A DNA stretch of 63,902 nucleotides, the filler included, from Octopus bimaculoides (taxonomy: Eukaryota): NCBI RefSeq assembly GCF_001194135.2. It is 6 parts of 6 records of this genome, joined end to end, with 100 filler letters (N's around TTAATTAATTAA, not from the genome) between each part and the next. Parts side by side here need not be neighbours in the genome. Positions count along the whole stretch, not along the records: positions 1 to 15,337 come from NC_068996.1; 5 more parts are not named here. One strand, given 5' to 3'. The notes beneath the pieces were generated by a model, which saw nothing but the letters and a program-made list of their open reading frames with translations, did not search any database and had not been told where the DNA came from. This document shows, one piece after another, positions 1 to 12,900 of the stretch; position 1 is the first letter of the stretch; each line of letters starts with the position of its first letter. The position numbers and the translations under genes are program-made.

Positions 1-310
1 ATAAACATATATATATATATATAATTATATATAAACATATATATATATATATAATTATATATAAACATATATATATATATATAATTATATATAAACATAT
101 ATATATATATAATTATATATAAACATATATATATATATAATTATATATAAACATATATATATATATAATTATATATAAACACATATATATATATATAATT
201 ATATATAAACACATATATATATAAACACACATATATATAATTATATGTATATAAACACACATATATATAATTATATATAAACACCTATATATAATTATAT
301 ATAAACACAC
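1..310. repeat. ~30-bp AT-rich minisatellite (ataaacatatatatatatatataattatat)n, degenerating into (TA)/(CA) repeats to ~700
   Basis: Exact 30-nt period at 1-90, then variable (AT)n length. Confidence 0.9.
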
Positions 311-750
311 ACATATATATGACACAAATACACACATGGATTTTGATGGCTGAACATAAATCACCTGCATATGTGCATATATGTTCCTTACATACTGCAT
401 GCACTCATTAACATGTATATATTTATGTGCACGCACATACGCATATGTGTATATATCCAGTTATACATGTGTGAATATATAACATATACAGTCATTCCAT
501 TACATACACACATCCATTTACTTATATATATATATTATAAAATGTGTATATATATATATATATAGATACATACACATATGTATATGTATATATATATATA
601 TACACACACACAAACACACACACATATATACATATATACACACACACACATATATATGCTCATGTGCATACACACATTTGTGTGTGGGCATATGTGTTTC
701 ATGTTTTTCCATGTTTTCTTTACCTAAAAAAAAATGTTATTTTTTAAAAA

Positions 751-941
751 TCAACTGTCATCTGCATCAATTTCATCATCATCATCATCTTTTTCTAGGT
801 CATTTAAAAAGTGAGAGACTTGTTTAAGAGCAACACCTCGACCTTCATTCTCAGCAGGCGCAGTAGACTTTCCCCAACTGATGAAGGCTTGTTTAGAAAT
901 TACCTCTTCATATAATATAACAAATAATTTTTTTAAGACAC
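751..941 (-). CDS. eIF4G: eIF4G terminal exon (W2 C-term): SVLKKLFVILYEEVISKQAFISWGKSTAPAENEGRGVALKQVSHFLNDLEKDDDDDEIDADDS*
   Basis: Acceptor ttttacag|G at 942/941, phase 1, TGA at 753-751; aligns with LYDEDV...AF..W...DPAE..GKGVALK. Confidence 0.93.
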
Positions 942-3900
942 CTGTAAAATAAATTGAAAAGGAAAGATCAGTAAAGCCATCAAATCACACTTTTCTAGAG
1001 GACAACATGAAAACATTATTCAATGCTATGTATTTCAATTTCTGATATTTAAAACTGCCGACACAGAAGTTTAAAATATATTTCTTCAAAACCTTCGTAA
1101 TTAATTTTTATCTAATTAAATAGAAAGTAACTAGTTTTCTTGTATTTACAAGTTGTTATTGTTTTAATACTAAATTGTTTACTGACATTCTTTCCATTTA
1201 TGAACTGGAACAAGTGACAAATTTTGCTCAATTTACTTAGTGAATCTGTTTACAAGAATGCATATGTGAATTTTTGGAATTTAGTAATACAGTCATCTCC
1301 AACCTACAAAACCAAATATTTCTCGTCTGTCCCATCAACAGAACCATTATCTTACTGTTCTCCCTTACTCCTTTTCTGCATCTCATACACCCCCCCCCCT
1401 CAAATCAGTTGTTGCTGCTACCTCTCTTATCTACTCTCTACATCCATCATTCAAACCCTACCCAACATTTATAATTGTTACTTAACTTGCCCATGCTCTA
1501 CACCTCCACCCAAACATACACTAGTATCTTCAATCCCCACTCGCCTCATCAGCTTGAAACAAATTATCTTGTTCACATTTCTCTAAATTGCTCCCACAAT
1601 CACTGTCTACGACTTCTGAAGTAAAATTACGAAGAAAACCTTTCAAATGTTAATTCTAATGTCAATCATGTATAATTGTTTATATTAATAACAAGGCCTT
1701 AATCAGTAGTGTACAGGTATGTATGTGTACACATACAGACTAATTACTATGAATGGTTGGTGACCAGAACAATCACATGAGTAATTATCATTAATATCAA
1801 TTGTCACAAAGCCTGTCTCTCTTGCACTTTGTCCCAATATATTAAGAAACTGAAGCTTGCTGAGAGCCTAACTATTTGACCATTTCTAATGCATGGTGTT
1901 CTATGCAGGTTGTCAAAATACAGAGGAAAAAAAAAGCAGTAGAAATTAAAATGAAATAACCTACTTGGTGGGTGCTCCAGTTTGGAATCCAATAACTGGA
2001 GCGCATATAGGGCATGCACCTCGTCGTCTTTATTTTTCAAATACTTTTTCAGTAAACTGGAATAACCACGCAACTTTTGTTCTTGAGGCATGAAATTTGG
2101 ACCTACAAAACGGAAATCAATAATTCCTTTAGAACTGCATCCAAGACAACACCAGGTTCTACAATGTAATTAAAGCACACAATGAACCAGAAAGTGTTTA
2201 ACATTCTACTTGCTAGTAAGTAACAAAATTTAACTATTCATATACTTGGCAATGTTTGTGTTCACAAATCTTTTGACCTCATTGTATTGATTTAGTAAAT
2301 TTAGGGGACACACAGACATATATATATATATACTAAATATAGTGATATTAAAAAGATAACAGCCTACAAGTAATAAAGACATTGACTTTGAGTCAAAAAT
2401 TGTGTATATTTGTTTATAGACTAGGGATAAAAAAGAAAAAATTCACCAAGGAAAGGGGGGGGGGATCAATGGGTTTGGTTGGCTTTCAACTAACACTGCT
2501 CCAAAAGTATATAACTTCTACTTAAGGTACTCCCACAAAATTAGCCATGCCAACAATTCCTTTCATGCAGAGCCATGTGGCTACAAGAACAAATCAATAG
2601 ATTTCATTTGCATTCAACTAATGTTGAAGCTAACATTCCTAACTTTTAAAATGAAAAGAAAAATGTACATATGAATTTCAGTGACACAGAATGCAGTCAA
2701 GTGGGAACAATTCCAAAACAATAACCCACATCATTATAGATGTCAGTGGAACCAATATGATCCAGTTTCATAACTGCCAGTGATTGAAGCCACTTGATGC
2801 AATGACAGAGAGAGAGAGTAACAAACCTGAGAGACAACTTGAACATACTGCAGTCATAATAGCACGGATTACCAAAGGATCTTTCTTCTGTTGCTCTGAG
2901 ACATAAGCCTAAATAAAATACAATATATTACATATAGTACAGCGTACAAAAAAGATGAATCAAATACAATGTATTCAACAGCTGAGCAGTGTGAGAAGAG
3001 CTGAAGACTGGTTAATACCAAAGTTTATCAGGATATCAAAACAAATCAGATCCAGAAATATAGTTCAATTACAAAATCAATAATATTAATATACCAATCT
3101 GTTCTTTTTGTATGTACCTGGCGTGTATGTCACACTTCAAAGAAGTGAAGTGGCAAAGCGAGAGAGAGTGGTGATGGTATTCATTTTGTGTTTTTAAATG
3201 TTTATCAAATCACTACTAGTAGATACATACATTGTTAAATTGAAAGTGGGAGAGAGGAGGGACACAGAGAAAGTGAAAGAGAAAAAAGGAGACAGTAGAT
3301 GCACATTGTTAATAACTACAGCAAATATGTTGTCACCTTCACTTTTCATTACTAGGCGGGGATAAAATTAACTCGCAAGTGGCTGAGCACTCCACGGACA
3401 TGCATATCATTCTCAGGGAGATTCAACCTCACACACAATATGACAAGGTTGGTCCCTTTCAATTACAGCTACAACTCATTTTGGCCAGCTGAGTGGACTT
3501 GAGAAAGATAAACCTTCAAGTGGTTGGAAGAGAAATGAAAAATGATCCTATACAGGGGAAGAAAAATCTTTTTAGTCATTACGATCATTATGGGTCTCAC
3601 AGATCTAGAGGCCAAGCCCCCAAGTAAACACCAATGCGCAAGCTGTTATCAAACTGAGCAGGAGATGAGGGTGAATACATAACAAATATTTCATCTTAGG
3701 TAGAGTACCTTGCACAAAAACACAGCATGCCATACTTGTGACTTTACGATCATGGGCTGAATACCCTTAACCACTGAGCCATGCACCTTCACCCTCTTAA
3801 CCTTACAGAAAAGGAGGGAAGCGATAGAGACAGAAAAGAAAGCCTGTCGTTTAAAATGACAATTAGACTGAAATACAATTGATCTTTTCTAGCTTCTTTA

Positions 3901-6900
3901 CTGAATGTCTTTCCCTCTTCCTCATTGTTAAAAGTAATCAACAGAGGGAAAATCTTTCAGGTGTTTACATTCTTATTCTGGGAATTCTAGAATGATCGAC
4001 TGTTAGTTTTCCCACCAAACACACACCCCAGTACTTAATTGCCTTCTTTCATAATTCTTCATGTCTATCAGTTGGTGGGGAGACCCCCCCCTCCCACCAC
4101 TCAACTTTTTTTTTCAAGGATTGCTTAACATTTTCTCTACAAACAAGCCCCACTTTTTTCTCCTACAAAAACTAATGCAAAGTTCAAACAGTATAGCTGC
4201 GAAAAGAGACCAAAATAAACAGGTAATACCCCCTACAAAATGGGTGGGTGGGGGGAATGTTACCAACAGGTGGCTACATGAAATTCAACTGTACTTTAAA
4301 GTGTGTCTTCTACTATAGGCTCGGTCCAACCAAAGCTTCGTGAGTGAATTTGGTAGACGGAAACTGAAAGAAGCCTATCACATATATTATATATTTTTAT
4401 GTTTGTGTTTGCTCCCCTCACCACATTGTTTGACAACCGATGTTGGTGTGTTTGCATCTCTCTAACTTGGCTGTTCGGCAGAAGAGACCAGTAGAATAAG
4501 CACCAGGCTTACAGGGAATAAGTCCAGGTGTCCATTTCTTCGATTGGTGTTCCACCGTCAAATAACTAAAACTAGTAAAAGAATACCAGAAGAATGTTCC
4601 ATACCACTAAACCAAGAAGGTTCTTTGAATATGTATGATGTATTTTAAGGCTAGATAGTAATTCTGATTGTGTTCACATAACAGATATTTTGGTTAGATT
4701 ATATAGCTATTGGTCTTACATTTCTTTCTATACTCTTTAACTGTCACACTACAGAACCATTTCTCATGGCACCAGCACACAGTTTACAGATGCTTACATT
4801 TTTTATGTTTTCTGTGAATTTACATGGGTCCAGCTAGTTGATTATGATTACACTATTTGCCAGTGTATCAGACACATCTATATTTTACAAAGAAATTTGG
4901 AGAGGACGGAGCAATTTAGTATGTTTCACCATATACTTACTGAAAGTTTTAAAAGTGCATGCAAATACAATATTGTGACAGTATACAGTAAGAAAGTACA
5001 CAATCATAAATTTATATTTTTTATCTGTTTCAGTCATTAGACTGTGGCCATGCTGGGGTATTTTATCTTTTCAACTGACTATATATTTGAATTTTGCTCA
5101 AGAAAATTATCATACAAAAAGTAAAGTAAAACTTGTATTTCTGGCTGCAATGTTTTATGCAATCATAATCAAACATCAAGGTGGAGCAACACTTGTATTG
5201 CTATTTCCCCATTACAAACAGCAGGCAGGCAGATGAAAGTTTAATAATGCTTTTTATGTTTCCCAGAGAATTTCCATCTAGATAATTAAAAGGATTCCCT
5301 AAAGGTGTAGTCATTACATAGTGCAAGGCACATACCCAGTGTGTTATGTATACTGTGAAAGGATGTTTAATTTCTCTGGATCCATGCTAACAGTATTGCT
5401 TCCAATATTTTTTTTTTTTTTGCTATAATTAACATTTATTTTCCACTAGCAAGATTCTACTTATCTGGCTATAATAGCTGGTCTTCTATCCATAGTACAG
5501 CCACATTGAATGCAGGGCAATATTTTTTTAAAATACATTTTAAAAAATATGCCAGCAAATATGATATATTGAATAGAGTTACAAAAAGGACAGGAGATGC
5601 AGGAGAGTGATCAAGAGCAAAACAGTAAAATATTACCTCTATCCAGGCAGTTATCTCATTCTCAGAAAGTTCAGATTTAGATATTAATTCAGTTAACATT
5701 GATTGAATGTTGGCTATTGTCAAGGAACCTGGCACTGGTTTGGAAACACTTCCCCCAAGTGTATATTCAAGTTTCTGGAAGACAATTCAATTTCACAATG
5801 TCAGTGATGAAATGCCAAGTAATTTTTAAGATAAAACCATCACAAGAAGAAATTAGAAATATTTAGAAAAATATTAATTGCTCATGAATATTAATTACCT
5901 TCTCTTTTATAAATGAATCAATATCTTTCTCATCTAAGAAATCAGACCATTGTAATTTTGAAGATTGCCATAATTCTGCTGCTTTATCTTGCCCCTAAAA
6001 AGCAAAATACAGATTCACAAACATTTTAATATCTGGAAAGTTCAAATCTTCCATGTACTTTATAAGTTAGTAATTCTTTAGCATTCAGAACACTGTCAAA
6101 TGCAATACATATTTATTCACATTCATTTGAATGAAGCAATTACATCATTGAAATCTCAGAGCTACAAAGGTTTTAGAAGTATAAATATATAAACATTGGT
6201 TAGGTAACACAAATTAGGAAAATAGCATTGAACTATTTTTTAAATTGGTTGCAGTACTTGAAACACTTTCATGAATAATACCAGATTTACACAATAAATT
6301 ATGACTAGTGAAGGTCATACTGTTGACCGTGTGTATTACCATGCCTAACAATTCAGTACGAAGGTTGTTAAAGACAAAACAAAAAAGAAAATTAGTAGCT
6401 AAAAATAGATAGCTTTCCTTTCCTTTAATAATCTCTCTCCTAACTTCTCAGCTTAATTCCTCACCATCTATCAAAATTCTAATTTAGAAGGTTTTTGTTG
6501 CATATTCTATAAACCCTCATAAGCATTTAAAATAAGATATACTGCAGTTTTATATGTTCAGAAAATTTTATAGTTGTTGCATATTTGGAAAAAAAACAAA
6601 AAAACAAAACTAACTAACTACAGTGATATCTATTGCAAATGTCATGTTAACATCTGTGATTACGTTATACAACTGTACACTCTTCATTCCACTCTTTAAA
6701 TTGTTCACAATGTAACTGCTACTGATAAGAAAAGACACTGTCTTACCAGATACAACAATGTACAAATAGCAATAAATATTTAGTGAGATTTAAACTTACC
6801 ATCGTCTTACAAAGATCCTTTAATATTTCTGATGGTAATATACCACCTAAATTTGATTTCTTCAAAGGTTCACATGCCATTTTCAAAAAACTCAAAGGCA

Positions 6901-9900
6901 TACCGCCTGCTTGTATTACAGGACTAATGAGTTCACCAAGATATTGCCAAATTTTAGGTATATCAATCTGCATGTCCTCCGCAATTTCTAGAATTTCCAT
7001 TAAGCTGTAAATGAAGCAAATAAATATGTAAGAGTCCTATATATTTTAGATGTAGGTTATATTCATACAGAAGAATATATATATCTGATGTTTGAGTCAA
7101 CCACATGGAGTATCAATTGTTAAAATTGTAAATACTAAATCAAGACACACATAAGGATAAGTCATGATACTTTGTTGGCGATCATCTCAGATAAACTGCT
7201 ATAATAACCATACAAATTTAAGATGTATTTCAATATTCTAGTATAAATCTTGATTAAGTAGAACCTAGAGCATAACAGGGGATTGTACATGTCTTACATT
7301 TCAATGAGATTTCATCAATTGATAAACCAACACTTAAGTATTGCTGATGTCTATTTGAGTAAAATTTAAATCAACAGAATACAAAGTTTATTAAGGATTA
7401 ATTACCAATAGATAAACTAAATCAAAAGACTGAACAGAATTATGCAGACTAATTAATTCCACAATGCCAACATCTGCATGAATAAATAAGATGCTATAAA
7501 TTAGAGAAAATGAAATTACAATTGATTACATTATAGAGCAACAGGTGTAAACATACCAATTATCAAATTAAACTTGATGTAAAAGGTACACTGCACATTA
7601 CATTGTTTTTAAATCAAAACAGATTTCAATTAACTAATGTAAAAATGACAGCTACTTTAACATAATACAGTGCTCAAATGAAGTTAAAAGTCCAGAAACA
7701 TTTAGCAATAAACACAACAGCATATGACCCCGCCCCCATAGGCTGTCAATGAAGGAGCTGTGAAATCCAGCATGTATTAATTTCAACTCTTATTAATAGA
7801 TGCATTATTTCTTTCCAAGTAAACTCACATCTGACTTGCATCAAAGAAGACTGTAAAAGGTTGTCCAGAAAGTTCTGAGTGTTTTTTTAATATGCAAAAA
7901 GATATATAAGTAACTGACCCGGCAAGCCAAGTGAGATCGTTGCCAGTGCCCCTGGACTGGCTCTTGTGCGGGTGGCACATAAAAGACACCATTTCGAGCG
8001 TGGCCGTTTTCGTGCAAGTGACACGTAAAAGCACCCACTACACTCTCTGAGTGGTTGGCGTTAGGAAGGGCATCCAGCTGTAGAAACTCTGCCGAATTAG
8101 ATTGGAGCCTGGTGTAGCCATCCGGTTGCACCAGTCCTCAGTCAAATCGTCCAACCCATGCCAGCATGGAAAGCGGACGTTAAACGATGATGATGATGAT
8201 GACCTTTCAATAAATTTTATTCAATGAAATAATTTCCATTATTATTAATGACCTTTGCCCATCTATCAGGCAATTTAAATATTCCATCAGCATAAAATTT
8301 GACTGATTTTGAAGAAAAAGTTATCTAGATGCATTTTGACTCCTAAATCATTAAATGTTTTTCCTTGCAATGAGGTCTGTAGAGACAAAGACAAGTGGTA
8401 GTCAGATGATGCAATATCAGGAGAATATGGTGGATAGGGTAAGAGATCCCAGCCAAGTTCATGTAACTTTGTTCAGGTAGCCAAAGATTAATATGAATGG
8501 GCATTGTCTTGCTGGAACACTACCTCTTTCCTGATGGCAATCTCTGGCCTCAATTCTTTGAGTTCTTTTGTTCAAATTAGCTAGCTGACAACAGTTCACA
8601 TCAGAATTAATGGTCTGGTTTTGTGGGAGCTCGTAAATAATGCAATTATGATCCCACCAAACAGAAAGCATGGCTTTTTTGGCATGAATATTCATCTTTG
8701 TTTGCTGTCTTGGGGGATCGTTATGCTAACTCATAGATTTTTTTCACACTGATTTGTACACAATCCATTTTTCATCTCCAGTCACAAGTTGTTTTAAAAA
8801 GGCATGTTTTCATTCTGTTTCAAAAGCATATCACAAACGAAATACCAGTCAAAGCAATTCTTATCTGAGTTTGTGAGGGACCCATACATTATAGTGAGAA
8901 ATGTATCCTAGTCATGCTATTTGGGGATGTTTTTTTTTTTTGCCTTCAAAACATCATCCAATTTTGAAGGTCTTCCACTGCAACTGTTATCTTCCAAGCT
9001 AAACACTACAGCTTTAAATTTTGCAAACCACCTGCGAACAATTGATTCACTTACATCATCACCATAAACTTTTGTTAGCTGTGTTCAATGAAGCATTAAA
9101 AGATTTAGCTTAATAAAGCTAATAGTAGCAACATCCCTTAAAAATTGACAAAATTTAGAATCCTGGTGTTATCAAGTACCAGCAGAAAAGGGCTTGGACC
9201 CTAAGGACATTCATGCCAACATGGTTGGCACCTGAATTTAGGAAGGGAAGGTAGTGTGCTGAAGATGACCTACAGTCTGGATGTCCTGCAACTGCCACCA
9301 CCAAGGAAAACATGGTGATGGACGGCAGGTGATTGACTATAAATCAAAATAGCCAATACTACTAGCGCATCCCATGAGAGCGTTGAGAATATTCTGCACA
9401 ATGAATAACGAAGGTTCCTACTTGGTGGGTACAACTTCTGACATCTGATCAAATGTGTGCCAGATCAATAACACCAGCGGAAAATCTGACATTGGCGCAG
9501 ATCCAGCTGGTTTCCTTGAATGTTTCCTAAGCCAGGATGATCGTTAGGTTCATCATTTTGGGCCTGAGACAATCCATTCAGTGGAAAAAGCCAGCCTCAG
9601 TTCTTGCAGAAGAAATTGTGTTTATAGACCATCTTCAGATGAGCCACACCACATATGGAGAGTACTATGCCAACTTGCCGAAGTACTTATGAAAGGCTAT
9701 CAAGACCAAAGGAAAACTGACAAAAAGTATCTTGTTTCATCAGAACACCTGCTCCAACACACAAGTCCTTGTTTTCAATAGCTGCTGCACATGACTGGTT
9801 TTGAACCGGCTGATCAACCTCTCTATTCCCCAGGTTTGACCCTCCTGACTATCTGTTCCCAAACATGAAAAAAACACCTGGCCTGGAGCCAGTATGGCAG

Positions 9901-12900
9901 TGATGGTGACATCAAACCAGCTGCTGATGACTTTTTGACTAACAGGATGAAAGCTTCTTCACTAATAGGAGACAAAGGACTGCAACACCAATGGACCGGA
10001 AAGGAAGTTAAGTTGAAAACTCATTTGGTCACATTCCATGAAAATGTTTGGTCTGCCTATGAACTTTCAGCCAACCCTTGTACATAAAACTGTTATGCAT
10101 GTAATATCAAGGTATTTAATACTTCATTTAATTTCACTTTAGAAGTTTAAATTTCTAAGTTTTCTTTAAACACAGTTAAGTTAAATTGTTTGTATCACGC
10201 ATACCAGTGGTTCCCAAACACTTTCAGGCTGCCATCCCCTTGACACCCAGGCTGCATTCCTAGTGCCACTACCCCAAATAACCATCACGAACAGACGTCT
10301 TTCTGAAGCAAATTCAAAGCAGCTGTATTTAACAAATAAAACTTAACCTAATGAACCCATTATTTTGTTTGTTTTTACATGAATCGCTACCCTATTATAA
10401 CCCCACTTTTCTTCAACACCCTATTGGAACTTTCCACCGCGCCCAAGGGGCAATACCACTTTGGGAACCATTGACATATACTACACAAATGAGCCATCGA
10501 AATATTACAATAGATATATTTTATTTTTAAAATTGCTATTGACATTAACAAATCTGAACGAAAAGTTATTCTATGTTCAAATGGATTAAAATTAGAGCTA
10601 TAAGTCCAGCAGACTGATATATTTGTAAAGAATGAACAGAGGGAAAGAGGAAAGAAAGCAAACCAAGACTATACCTACCCTTGAGTAAATCGTTTACCCT
10701 CTATAATTTTTTCTTTCAATAAAACTGAGAAAAGTTTTCCTGACTGTTTCCGTGAAGCTTCTGATCGTTCCAAAATAAGGTTAAAAGCATCAACTACAAA
10801 CTTTTGTTGATCAGAAAGTTCCTGAATGCTGAGCTTTGCCTCCTAAGGAATAAAATATACAAAAGTTCAAGCAAACACACATACATTCTATCTATATATA
10901 TATAAATAATTTCAAACAGTAATAGAATGGAACTCAAAACAAGGTAATCTGTAATGTTAATTTTCTACTAATGCCATTTTATCTCATGGAACCATCAGAA
11001 TGAAAAAAGGAAAAATTATACTGAAAACAGAAATACAAGGATCAACTGAAATGTGTTGTTCAAAACATCAACACTGCAGAGTAAACTGATACTGATATTA
11101 TTAGAAAGGAAATAGAATCTATTTAGCAAATTAGTAAGTTTCGAAACTTACTTCCAAATTATCAGAACTGAAAAATTCATTTAAAATTTCAACAGTTTTC
11201 TTTAATGATTTTTCTCGAGATTGACTGCTTTCTCGGCTAGGAACCTGTGATAAAGTTCTACTGCCTCTATTATGAATATTCCTGTAATGATAAAACAGAT
11301 GCATACCATTCAATAATTTTATAAAATTAATTGTGAATAAATGATCAAATTTTATGAATAATTTCAAAATTAATTCTAAGATAGCACTGAAACAAAGTCA
11401 ACAGCTTTTAAACAAAGATATTTTTGCACCCTACATATCACACAGATCAATTCCATACTTAGCATTGTGACAAAAGCCACAGATTTGATGGTAACTCACC
11501 TTGCCAATCCACTATCTTTATCACCTTCTTCAGATGGTAATGAAGAAATCTTGTTTCTAGAGCCACTACTACTTGCACTGGAACTTGATGTCAAAGAACG
11601 TCCAATTTCACTTCGACCAGGGCTGGCTCCCCTTCGGGGATATATCGTAGTTCGACTATCATCATCATTTCGGCTCAAGGCATAAAACCTGAAAGGAACA
11701 AAAATCAAATGCTTAGTATAATACTATACAGGTATGGTGCTACAACTAATAAAATACATTCATTTTTTTAACAAAACGACTAGCTATACCTATCCAAGCT
11801 ATTATGTTAGTGACAACATGTGACTTCATACGGTAAAGATATGTTAGACACCATTACAAAAAAAAAAAAAAAAATTTTTTATCTTGACAAACTTCAAATC
11901 AAGTAATAATGCCCCTGAATTTCATAAATACTACAGCAGCAAATAATAAAAATAACAAAATGGCAAGTGTCTTCTACAATAACCTTGTAAGTGGATTTGG
12001 TAGACAGAAACTGAAAGCTCATGTGGATGGATAAACACACACGTGGGTGCATAAATACTTGTCCTTCACCCCACTGCTCGACAATTAGTATTGGTGTATT
12101 TACATCTCCATAACTTAGCAGTTTAGAGAAAGAAAAAAAAACACTGCTGGGGGTCAATTCATTTGACCAAAGTCTTCAGGATGGTGCTCCAGCACGATTG
12201 CATCAAATAAAATATAAGATATTCCTGCTCACAATTCAAAATTTGTGTTTAGTGTTACGTTTTCCAATTCGATCAAAAATAAAAGGTAAACAATGGAATC
12301 TGATACGCCTACACAAAATTTGAACACTCTTTTCAATTTAAAAGCTATATCAAACTTCAATATTTTATCTTTGTCTTCGTTTTTCTAAGTTAGCTGCAAG
12401 TTTCAATTCACCCATTATGTAGGGGTTTTAATTATTCTAATGATTTACTATAGGGGTGCAAATGCTTGTATTGTTTTCTTGAAACATTCTGATAAGTTAT
12501 ACCTATATTTTAAATACATTAATGTATGAAAATCGAATAACAATGCTTCTTCATAGATCTATATAGTTTTTAATTAATATAACTGGGTATTGGATAATGA
12601 TAAAACTGGTATGTTCGAAAGAAAAATTTGTTTTGGTGACTTCACATTTCACTGATTTTAATTAGACAAACCGGTCAGATTTATGTAAGAATTTTAAGCA
12701 ATTTATAGAAGTCTAAATCCATAATTATTTTAGAATTTCACTGAAGCACACCTATATGAATGGAGAGAGGAAAAGGGGTGATAAATCATGCCAGTATGGA
12801 ATGATGCTTGACATCAACTTTATGAAATGTCTAACATATAGTTACTTGTAAATAGTTGAGTCATTTTTCTTTCAGGTTATTCTTAACTTCCTGTAAGACA

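Noticed and set aside
113-747. ORFs rich in YI/HT/CV at the window start, and similar ones at 18766-19142, 23237-23458, 30112-30759, 61207-61826
   Set aside because: Translations of microsatellites; no splice context or domain.
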